From a virus: 64,000 nucleotides of DNA. Each line of letters begins with the position of its first letter. The stretch's first letter is position 1. The notes under the pieces were generated by a model. It ran no database searches. It worked only from the letters and a program-made list of their open reading frames with translations, and was not told the origin of the DNA. Both the position numbers and the translations under genes were made by a program. Below are positions 18,412 through 25,794 of this stretch, in pieces. The stretch spans positions 8,556 through 72,555 of IMG/VR virus record IMGVR_UViG_3300007734_000751; one strand, written 5' to 3'.

Positions 18412-20701
18412 AATCTTAGACTATGTCATTAGTCTTGCCGAAACCGGCGAAACGCCGCTTATCGTGCGTCAGATTCCACTTATGCGTGGTGGGGTTCATC
18501 AACAATATTTGGACGGATCTTATAAATATACTTGGCCCGCTTACTTGCCCGCGCATAAGCGCAAGAAAGGTGAAGCATGGTATATTAATACAGGTTCTTT
18601 TATTGTTGAGCGATTAAAAGACCGCATAAGCGCCGCAACAGCAAATTGCGAATACGTGCTCTTTATGATGTTGGACGATATCGGCACTAAGTCCAAGATA
18701 CCGCCGCTTAAGCCGACATGGATCGTTGAGACAAGCCCAGGCAATTTTCAGTGGTGTTACGCATTTAGAGAACAACCTACAATAGGAGAATATTGTGCAG
18801 CCATTACAGCTATCGCCGACGCTGGTTATACCGACAAGGGCGCTACTAATGCTGTGCGTAATTGCCGCTTGCCTGGTTCAGTTAATCTAAAGCCAGGACG
18901 CGATGCATTTACCTGCGTAGAAATAGAATTTAATCCTACTATAGACTACACGTTAAAAGAAATATGCGATGCGCTCGGCGTTGTGCCAGGTGAAGCGTCT
19001 ACGTCAATTTATAAATCAGTAACTGTAGAAGATACCGGCATTGATAACGTAATGACGTGGCTCAACGAGCAAGGGCTTGTTCTGTCGCGTCCTAATCCTG
19101 CGGGATGGATGGGCGTTGTATGTCCTAATCACGAAGAACATAGTGATGGACAGATTGAAGGCCGGTACAAGCCACTAGACAGATCTTATTGCTGTAAACA
19201 CGCGCATTGCGAGCACCTTAACAGCGAAGCGTTTCTTACATGGGTCGCCGACAATGGTGGCCCGCGCGAGCGCCAAGGTATTCGAGGCGATCTTATTGCA
19301 AATGAATTTAAAGCAATGTTTGAAGGCATCAAGCCTAACGCGCTCTATCCAGATGTTGCATCTGAGCGTGTGGCGCAGGTAGATCGAGAAGAGGCTGGGC
19401 GTGTTGAGCGCGGTAGCTGGTATGAGCGCTTTGCGTACATCGTAGATGACGACGCTTACTTTGACATGACAACGCGTAACGAGATCTCGCGCGGATCTTT
19501 CAATGCTATCTTTCGGCACATCAACTGCACATCAGTGCACAACCCCAAGCGCCGCATCGAGGCGTCTGTTTGTTTCGATGAGAACAGGCAAGAGCACAAA
19601 GCAAAATTATTGAAAGGCTTAACCTATGCGGCAGGTGAAAAGATCTTGGTGCATAAAGATGGCGAAGTCTATGGCAATAGATGGCGAGATGCGCGTCCCA
19701 CTGTCGCACGAACAACTAGTGATATATCTCGCTTTACTGCCCATTGTGAACGATTGGTGGGAGATGAGATTGAACGAAACCATTGCTACGACGTTATGGC
19801 GTTTAAGCTCCAACACCCAGAAGTAAAAGTAAATCACGCCGTGTTGCATGGCGGCGATGAAGGCTCCGGCAAAGATACGATGTGGGCACCATTCATTTGG
19901 TCTGTCTGTGGCCCGAACAATCACAACTGGGGTATCATAGACAACGAGAGCCTCTCTTCGCAGTGGGGCTATCAGCTAGAGAGCGAGATACTCATTCTTA
20001 ACGAGCTACGCGAGCCGGAGGCCCGTGAGCGCCGCGCGCTGGCTAACAAGCTCAAGCCCATTATTGCTGCGCCGCCTGACATGCTGCCGATCAACCGCAA
20101 GGGTCTGCATCCTTACGAGATGATCAACCGGCTGCTTGTGCTCGCGTTCACCAACGATCCGATTCCGATCTCTATACCGTCGCAAGACCGCCGCTGGTTC
20201 TGTCTGTGGTCTACTGCGCCGCGCATGTCGCCCGATGAGGCGCGTGAGATCTGGGCCTGGTATAAGGCCGGTGGCTTTGAGGCTATCGCCGCTTGGCTCT
20301 ATGCGCGCGATGTGAGCAAGTTCAACCCTACCGCTGCGCCGCCTATCACTGATTTCAAGCTTTCGCTTGTTGAGCATGGCATGTCTATGGCCGAGAGCTT
20401 TATCGTCGAGATGGCGCGCGGTCGCAAAGGCGATTTTGCTGCCGGCGTTATCGGTGGCCCGTTCCACGACATATGCTCGCGTATAAGCACCATGGCAGGC
20501 AATGGCGTTAAGGTGCCACAGGCAGCGCTTCTCCATGCGCTCAAGGAGGCCGGCTGGATAGATTGCGGGCGGCTGCACTCAGGTAAATATCAGACCAAGC
20601 GCCATGTGTTCTGCGCGCCTGAGATGGCTAGTCATAAAAATTCCGACCTTCGGAACATGTGCGAACCCAATCCAACCCCAACCCTACAGGTGGTCAAATG
20701 A
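18401..20701 (+). CDS. AEP (RepB-like) primase fused to DUF5906-type helicase
   Basis: MLDDIG, ETSPGNFQ, RLPGSVN; C/H zinc motif; Walker A GDEGSGKD; DRRWF. Confidence 0.85.
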   Translation: MENRILDYVISLAETGETPLIVRQIPLMRGGVHQQYLDGSYKYTWPAYLPAHKRKKGEAWYINTGSFIVERLKDRISAATANCEYVLFMMLDDIGTKSKIPPLKPTWIVETSPGNFQWCYAFREQPTIGEYCAAITAIADAGYTDKGATNAVRNCRLPGSVNLKPGRDAFTCVEIEFNPTIDYTLKEICDALGVVPGEASTSIYKSVTVEDTGIDNVMTWLNEQGLVLSRPNPAGWMGVVCPNHEEHSDGQIEGRYKPLDRSYCCKHAHCEHLNSEAFLTWVADNGGPRERQGIRGDLIANEFKAMFEGIKPNALYPDVASERVAQVDREEAGRVERGSWYERFAYIVDDDAYFDMTTRNEISRGSFNAIFRHINCTSVHNPKRRIEASVCFDENRQEHKAKLLKGLTYAAGEKILVHKDGEVYGNRWRDARPTVARTTSDISRFTAHCERLVGDEIERNHCYDVMAFKLQHPEVKVNHAVLHGGDEGSGKDTMWAPFIWSVCGPNNHNWGIIDNESLSSQWGYQLESEILILNELREPEARERRALANKLKPIIAAPPDMLPINRKGLHPYEMINRLLVLAFTNDPIPISIPSQDRRWFCLWSTAPRMSPDEAREIWAWYKAGGFEAIAAWLYARDVSKFNPTAAPPITDFKLSLVEHGMSMAESFIVEMARGRKGDFAAGVIGGPFHDICSRISTMAGNGVKVPQAALLHALKEAGWIDCGRLHSGKYQTKRHVFCAPEMASHKNSDLRNMCEPNPTPTLQVVK

Positions 20702-20898
20702 AACCCGGTGCTATGCATGCCTTGAAAGATCCGTCACGTCTAACGCCTGCCGAGGAGCGCATATACGCCTACATGAAAGAGGGTTTGACCGCGAAGGAGA
20801 TTGCTGTGAGAATAGGAACTGGAACTGCGGGAGCGATGAACTGCCGCATCAAGGTCATACGAGAAAAGCTTGCTACGCGCCTTATGCCTACTGGTTAG
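20698..20898 (+). CDS. LuxR/GerE-like HTH protein
   Basis: LTPAEERI..GLTAKEIA; ATGA-coupled to the primase stop. Confidence 0.65.
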   Translation: MKPGAMHALKDPSRLTPAEERIYAYMKEGLTAKEIAVRIGTGTAGAMNCRIKVIREKLATRLMPTG

Positions 20899-20960
20899 GG
20901 TTACCGTTTTATGGATGCTTTTCATTTGGTTCTTTATTGAGAACCGAAAGAGGGTAGGTA

Positions 20961-21413
20961 ATGGTTGACGAAGTAAACGCATTGCTCGGCAGGATAGCCA
21001 GGGAGCGCTATTCTAGCAAAGAGGCGCTCAAAGACCTGCCGGAACCATCCTACTTGGATGACCTTACGTTTATGTATCAGCATAACTTTATGCCGCGATA
21101 CAACGCGCTCGCGGCGCAATTGTTCGGGCCTGGGCCATCCTACAGCGACCCCTTAACGAGCCGTGAGCGCTCGCCTGTAGGGTTTATGGGCGACATGCCT
21201 ACACAGGCTACCCCAGCCCAGCCGATGGCCCTGAACGCCTTCGTCTTTAATCCTATGCGCGCCTATCCGCGCTATTACACCGCAACTGAAACCTCTAATG
21301 AAGACGTTAAAGGCCCAAGCAAGTTGATGGAAGGTTTTAGCTATTTAGGCAACGACCGCCCCTGGGGCTTTATGGATATGACCTCGGGGCGCTATCCAGG
21401 CTTCGTCAAATAA
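20961..21413 (+). CDS. Hypothetical Pro/Met-rich protein (moron-like)
   Basis: GAGG RBS; downstream terminator; syntenic non-identical ORF at 58641. Confidence 0.6.
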   Translation: MVDEVNALLGRIARERYSSKEALKDLPEPSYLDDLTFMYQHNFMPRYNALAAQLFGPGPSYSDPLTSRERSPVGFMGDMPTQATPAQPMALNAFVFNPMRAYPRYYTATETSNEDVKGPSKLMEGFSYLGNDRPWGFMDMTSGRYPGFVK

Positions 21414-21445
21414 AAGCCCTCTAGCTATGGGGGCAGCTAGAGGGC
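21409..21445. terminator. Intrinsic terminator hairpin (T-tail on - strand)
   Basis: GCCCTCTAGCT-N8-AGCTAGAGGGC, 11-bp perfect stem. Confidence 0.75.
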
Positions 21446-21483
21446 AGGAGGCTTGCATATAAGGCCAAGGGAGGAGGCCATAG
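21409..21483 (-). ncRNA. Putative ~75-nt anti-SD small RNA with CCUCCUCCC (cuckoo-like) loop
   Basis: TTGTAG-17-TAGGGT promoter at 21517-21489; GGCC-TCCTCCCTT-GGCC hairpin; second CCTCCT; terminator. Confidence 0.5.
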
Positions 21484-21541
21484 GCCGCACCCTAACGCAT
21501 CACGATAAACGCTACAAGACCTAAAACGAAAAGCGTTAAGA

Positions 21542-21727
21542 TCAAAACATCGTATCCAGATACTGGACAATTTCCGCTTCTGTCATGCCTGTCTTTCTAG
21601 TCCATTTTGTCCAGAAACGCCACAGAGGCTTGTTGACATTCTCGCATGGCTCGTCGCGTGGAATGTCGGGAATGGTGCATTGCAGCTCCTCGTATTGCTC
21701 TAGAAAATATTCTTTTATTTTAGACAT
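21542..21727 (-). CDS. Hypothetical early protein
   Basis: GAGG RBS; last gene of the leftward operon. Confidence 0.55.
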   Translation of the reverse strand: MSKIKEYFLEQYEELQCTIPDIPRDEPCENVNKPLWRFWTKWTRKTGMTEAEIVQYLDTMF

Positions 21728-21736
21728 AGCAGCACC

Positions 21737-22015
21737 TCAATGATTGCTGTTACTAGGACAATAAACGCCGATTCTTCGTTTTTCATAGTTAATCCCGCTT
21801 ATGATGGTTGTATGGTCGCGTTTAAAGACGCGCGCTATTTGCGTATAAGTTTTATCGGTTTCTATATGCGCGCGATACATGGCCTTGCGGCGCACTGCGA
21901 TAACGCGCAGCGTGTTGTTATAAGAGATAAGGGTTTCATAGCTTAACCCCGCCGCTTTCGCCTCCTCTTGTATTATTTGCTTTATTGTTTTCATGTGGCC
22001 CCATATTAAAAGCAA
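21737..22015 (-). CDS. DnaA C-terminal (domain IV)-like HTH protein
   Basis: RRKAMY...IARVFKRDHTTIISG; homologue at 59174. Confidence 0.75.
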   Translation of the reverse strand: MLLIWGHMKTIKQIIQEEAKAAGLSYETLISYNNTLRVIAVRRKAMYRAHIETDKTYTQIARVFKRDHTTIISGINYEKRRIGVYCPSNSNH

Positions 22016-22196
22016 AATTTAAAGCGCTCGCTATTGTCGCCAAACCGCGCAAGTCTGCATGCGTTACGTAAAGGCGCATGATCGGCGTTTCTTTTCCATC
22101 ACACTTGTAAATGATAACGCAGCTAGTGTTATCAGTCTTGATTGCTTTAGCTTTCATGCGCCCTGGGTGGTCACAAAATAAATCAAGATGTAGCAT
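21936..22196 (-). CDS. Hypothetical early protein
   Basis: ORF within a tightly packed leftward operon. Confidence 0.5.
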   Translation of the reverse strand: MLHLDLFCDHPGRMKAKAIKTDNTSCVIIYKCDGKETPIMRLYVTHADLRGLATIASALNFAFNMGPHENNKANNTRGGESGGVKL

Positions 22197-22434
22197 TTAA
22201 TTTTTCCTTGTATTTTTTGACCATGCCTTCAAGGTAGCCATTGCGGACTGATAACTCTAAAATCTTGTCCTCCATGTCTTTAACTGTCCCAAACCCCCTT
22301 GCGACATAATTTAATTGTCTTTGAAGGCGTTCAATTTCCTTGTTTGCCTTTTTTAACTCGCGCAACAATAAGATCGGCTTGTTAAGCTCGTTAATCACAT
22401 CATCTATTGGATTAGTTTTTCGTGGCGCGCGCAT
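22183..22434 (-). CDS. Coiled-coil hypothetical protein
   Basis: GAGGGGG RBS; heptad pattern. Confidence 0.55.
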   Translation of the reverse strand: MRAPRKTNPIDDVINELNKPILLLRELKKANKEIERLQRQLNYVARGFGTVKDMEDKILELSVRNGYLEGMVKKYKEKLNATS

Positions 22435-22543
22435 TGATTTCCCCCTCTATTAACTCGCGGCGTGTCTCGTCACCCTCACCCTGTAACATTAGCTCAAGCG
22501 CCGGTGTGGATAGGCGATAAAGCAAACAGCAAAAATCGTACAT
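22412..22543 (-). CDS. 43-aa protein, not in ORF track
   Basis: Hand translation: LYRL...LIEGEI.AR shared with 59860..60000. Confidence 0.55.
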   Translation of the reverse strand: MYDFCCLLYRLSTPALELMLQGEGDETRRELIEGEINARATKN

Positions 22544-22544
22544 G

Positions 22545-22643
22545 CTAGCCTCGTTCTATTAGGTAAAGTATGGTTATGATTGCCGCAGGTATGGCTAGGC
22601 TAACGCTTGCCGCTAGCCCTATGAGATAAAGAGCTTGCCTCAT
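22545..22643 (-). CDS. 32-aa membrane peptide, not in ORF track
   Basis: MRQALYLIGLAASVSLAIPAAIITILYLIERG; ATGA-coupled to upstream gene. Confidence 0.45.
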   Translation of the reverse strand: MRQALYLIGLAASVSLAIPAAIITILYLIERG

Positions 22644-22954
22644 ATGTCTGCCTCATAACATGCGTCTTCTTCACATGATTGCTGCACATGGTCGCTATTT
22701 ATTAGCGCGTCATATATAAGCTTATAAAGCCAGTGATCCTGGCTAAGATTAAGAGGCGACAAGTCTTTTTTATTGTTATGCAAAACAATTGACGTGATAT
22801 CGATATCAGTGGCCCAGGCGTCAAAAATTCCTACGTCCGGCTCCGCGTCAGCCATTGTATACTCTATATCCGCTTCCCCTGTAGCTGTGACGGCATAGCC
22901 TGGAATTAACTCCAGCTCCTCAAAATTATATGTGAACGTGTTCGTCTTTTTCAT
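22640..22954 (-). CDS. Acidic hypothetical protein
   Basis: FTY.F.ELE, AEPDVGIF and SQDHWLYK conserved at 60548..60856. Confidence 0.7.
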   Translation of the reverse strand: MKKTNTFTYNFEELELIPGYAVTATGEADIEYTMADAEPDVGIFDAWATDIDITSIVLHNNKKDLSPLNLSQDHWLYKLIYDALINSDHVQQSCEEDACYEADI

Positions 22955-22964
22955 GTTATCCCCC

Positions 22965-23150
22965 TTAGTCGTTCTCAGCCGTTCTATCCCAGTCATACCG
23001 CGCGCAGTGTTGGCGCTCGGCTTCGTTGTCGTACTCTTCTTGCATAGTGTGCAGCGCGTCGATTAAATGCCAAGGCAAGGGCGCGGGTTGAGCGTTTAAG
23101 ATTTTAATAAGCGCCTCGACCGCCTCATGTTCTAGTGTTAGCTCTATCAT
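22965..23150 (-). CDS. Hypothetical protein
   Basis: QPAPLPWH motif conserved at 60853..61035; start reassigned. Confidence 0.65.
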   Translation of the reverse strand: MIELTLEHEAVEALIKILNAQPAPLPWHLIDALHTMQEEYDNEAERQHCARYDWDRTAEND

Positions 23151-23151
23151 G

Positions 23152-23358
23152 TTACACCCCATAGGTTTCGATATATTGACGCGCCGCGCGATAGCCCATG
23201 ACGGTAAACGCGTCATTAATTTGATCGATATATTTAAGCTCGGCTTGCTCATTAACGCCGCGCATAGCGTCAGCAGCAGCTCTCGCGTCTTTAACAATAT
23301 ATTCAAGCTCGGCGTCAGTCTTTTTATGATATGGGTGATCTTTTAATGGCTTTTTCAT
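23152..23358 (-). CDS. Hypothetical early protein
   Basis: ATGA-coupled ORF with RBS. Confidence 0.6.
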   Translation of the reverse strand: MKKPLKDHPYHKKTDAELEYIVKDARAAADAMRGVNEQAELKYIDQINDAFTVMGYRAARQYIETYGV

Positions 23359-23582
23359 TTTAACATCCCCTTCAATTCTGCCTTAACGCGCCGCGCGGTA
23401 TCGCCGCGCCATGTCGAGGCGTTACATAAAAAATAGCGAACAATACTTTCGCCGCTATCATAACCATAGGGTTGATTGATATCGTCCAGCGTCGACATAG
23501 CTTGCAGGTATGGTACCGCGCCAAAGTATGGCTTGCGCCAGTCTTGCGCTATCTCGCGCGCTATTGTTGATAGTGTTCTCAT
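23355..23582 (-). CDS. Conserved small phage protein
   Basis: IAREI..DW..PYFGAVPYL...TWRG..AR.VKAELK pattern recalled from other phages. Confidence 0.65.
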   Translation of the reverse strand: MRTLSTIAREIAQDWRKPYFGAVPYLQAMSTLDDINQPYGYDSGESIVRYFLCNASTWRGDTARRVKAELKGMLK

Positions 23583-23851
23583 AATATAACCCCCTCTCTT
23601 AAAGCTTGCGCCATGTCATCTTGCGCCGTGTAAGTAACGCGCCCCCTATGATCTTTTATTGGTGTTGTTTTGTATCGTGTCCCGAACAAGCGCCCGCGCT
23701 CATAGGCCCATTGATCGTTGAGCGTTTTTCCCGCGTCATAATTAAATGGTTTACCTTCACGCGCCTCTTTAACGCCGCGATTGAATAGAGCGCTCCTCAT
23801 TATAATTTTTAACGAAACGGTCTTAGTAGTAACTTGCTGTATGGTAGCCAT
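23579..23851 (-). CDS. Hypothetical early protein
   Basis: Coupled ORF with GGAGG RBS. Confidence 0.6.
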   Translation of the reverse strand: MATIQQVTTKTVSLKIIMRSALFNRGVKEAREGKPFNYDAGKTLNDQWAYERGRLFGTRYKTTPIKDHRGRVTYTAQDDMAQALREGVIL

Positions 23852-24645
23852 TATGCGGCCCTCCCTACGCGGAACCCGTGAAGGTTAATCACGATATCTT
23901 TAGACGATTTACTGCTATTGCCAGCGCATAGGCCGCATTTATCGCAGCTAGTGCGCGCGCCGTTTTCTTTAGCGGCAGGGCAACCAATTTCATTAGATGA
24001 TTTAACGTCTTTAGATTTTTTGGCGCGGAAGGTTCGCCATCCACAAGCGCTAGCAAGTAAATGGTCTGATTCTGATTCGCAGCTAGCCATACATAGCAGC
24101 GAGAAAGCCTGAAAGCGCGGGTCGCGCCATTGGTGGCTATAGCCTGTAATCTTGGCAGCTCTTAACGTCGCGGCGCGCCATATCTGAAAAGGTATTGCGG
24201 CAGGGTCGCCATACGTGCCAAGTCTAAACGCTAGCCCTTCAAATAGCTCCGGCAATATAGCAGGGTCATAGTCTATGCCAGGGCGCGCATAGCGCTTGCG
24301 CTCATATGCGCCGTAAACGCTCACTACTGATTTAGCCACGTCAACGTAGCATTTACCGCCCTTGAAGGGTCGCTGGGGGCAATCTCCACAAATGCTATGA
24401 TCACGCCCGTCTTTAATTGCTGTAAAAGGATTAACATCGGCGCGTATTATGAAAGTCTGAACCATTGCGCCGGTCTTAGCATTGGCGCTATTCGCGATAA
24501 TGCGATTAGCTATCGCCACGATAGGCGCGCCATCGATGGCGCTTGGCCCTTCATATAATATCACGCCGGTAAATTGATTGCGCTTTATCGCTAGGCGCAA
24601 GGCGCTTGCTGTATCAATCATTAGACTACCCTCATATTGAGACAA
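23851..24645 (-). CDS. Cys-rich protein, candidate Fe-S / radical-SAM-like enzyme
   Basis: N.KTG, CGDC...CYV, RLGTYGDP, GYSHQW, CPA...CDKCGLC motifs. Confidence 0.55.
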   Translation of the reverse strand: MSQYEGSLMIDTASALRLAIKRNQFTGVILYEGPSAIDGAPIVAIANRIIANSANAKTGAMVQTFIIRADVNPFTAIKDGRDHSICGDCPQRPFKGGKCYVDVAKSVVSVYGAYERKRYARPGIDYDPAILPELFEGLAFRLGTYGDPAAIPFQIWRAATLRAAKITGYSHQWRDPRFQAFSLLCMASCESESDHLLASACGWRTFRAKKSKDVKSSNEIGCPAAKENGARTSCDKCGLCAGNSSKSSKDIVINLHGFRVGRAA

Positions 24646-24657
24646 AAAGACATTAGG

Positions 24658-24689
24658 ACGTTAACACAAAATCTTTATTAGTCAATAGC
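24658..24689 (-). promoter_or_regulatory. Internal early promoter
   Basis: TTGACT-16-TAACGT; shares 12 bp GCTATTGACTAA with the promoter at 25245-25256. Confidence 0.5.
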
Positions 24690-24954
24690 CTCTATTGTGA
24701 TCATAGTTACGAATTTTTGATCTTTTTTCGCGCGCGACGCGTTCGCGGAATTTTGGGTTGCTATTCGTTCTCTCGCGATAGCGAACGATAAACAACGACG
24801 CGTCGCAATCCTCCTCTAGGTAAAGATCGTCGCCTCGGCGATAGCTATATGAGCTAAAGTCCGCCGACGTTAATCCTAGAGCGAACAAATCGCGGGTGTT
24901 TACCTTCAACCATCCATGACCAGGGTCAGATATAAAATCAAATGTCGTACGCAT
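24682..24954 (-). CDS. Conserved phage protein with DPGHGWL / YLEEDCDA motifs
   Basis: Motif recognition; AAGGA RBS. Confidence 0.65.
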   Translation of the reverse strand: MRTTFDFISDPGHGWLKVNTRDLFALGLTSADFSSYSYRRGDDLYLEEDCDASLFIVRYRERTNSNPKFRERVAREKRSKIRNYDHNRGY

Positions 24955-24992
24955 GATATTTAATCCTTTTTAGTTAGAGATTAGAGCGGCGC

Positions 24993-25190
24993 TTATGCGC
25001 GCCGCTTTCTTTTCTTTGGTGCTACGTATTGCGCCGCTTGTTGCTCATAGTGCTCGACATGTCTTTGCAATTGCTCGACCGTCGTAAAGAAAGCGCAAAA
25101 AGTCATTATGTCTTGGTTGATATTTGCGGGATGATTTTGCGCCGATGTTAAACGCGCCATCAGTTCGGGGTTGCTTTTCCATATGGTCAT
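24993..25190 (-). CDS. First gene of the leftward early operon, hypothetical
   Basis: GAGGAG RBS directly downstream of promoter. Confidence 0.65.
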   Translation of the reverse strand: MTIWKSNPELMARLTSAQNHPANINQDIMTFCAFFTTVEQLQRHVEHYEQQAAQYVAPKKRKRRA

Positions 25191-25224
25191 TTTGGGTTGC
25201 TCCTCTTTGCGATTTGATGATCAT

Positions 25225-25285
25225 ATATTAGCAAAGATTTTTTGTTAGTCAATAGCTTTTTTGTTAAAAGCAAAGATTTTTTGTT
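25225..25285 (-). promoter_or_regulatory. Main leftward early promoter with repeated operator-like 16-mer
   Basis: TTGACT-16-TAATAT; GCAAAGATTTTTTGTT at 25231 and 25270. Confidence 0.65.
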
Positions 25286-25289
25286 TATT

Positions 25290-25675
25290 CTGGTCTTGAT
25301 GGTCTTGAATGGTTAAATATATTTTAAAAATGACCATGTTAAACGTGTTGAATTGGCGGGTTTTAGTGTTAAATGGTCATTATGGTCATTATTGTTTAAT
25401 TCTAAGAAAAATTTATATATGTATACAAATAAAGATAGTGTGTCACCATTCTTGGCGCGATTTTTTCCGCGTGACCATTTGACCATAATGACCAAAAGCC
25501 CCTCTTCTTTGCCGCGTTTTCTTCCCCCATGTTGACATATATGTTTACATTCATATACCAGTGTGACCTCCGACTAGTAAACGCGTGACCATAATGACCA
25601 TGAGTTATGTCGACATTTGAATGACAACTTAGTTTATGTAAACATAGTTGACAATCATTTGACTAAACGACCATG
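25290..25675. repeat. Putative replication origin A: TGACCAT/ATGGTCA iterons around an AT-rich core
   Basis: ATGGTCATT x2 (25373, 25382); AT-rich 25390-25437; TGACCA at 25472, 25480, 25489, 25586, 25595 and others. Confidence 0.65.
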
Positions 25676-25770
25676 CGCGCCAATTCGACGGCATGCGACG
25701 CGACGGGGGGACTGGGCCTTGCGTGGTCTGGGAATATCTACGCAGGGATTACACAAACTTTTTTTTATTT
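25627..25770. promoter_or_regulatory. Conserved block upstream of terS (candidate pac site / late promoter)
   Basis: ACTTAGTTTATGTAAAC, G-run-CTGGGCC, GGGAATATCTACGCAGGG and CACAAACTTTTTT all shared with 62786-62880. Confidence 0.5.
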
Positions 25771-25794
25771 TTAAAATATGGTAATAAAGATTCT

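Noticed and set aside
25313-25535. 60-aa ORFs in the origin-like region (also 62626..62898)
   Set aside because: Made of repeat and AT-rich sequence, no RBS, not conserved between variants
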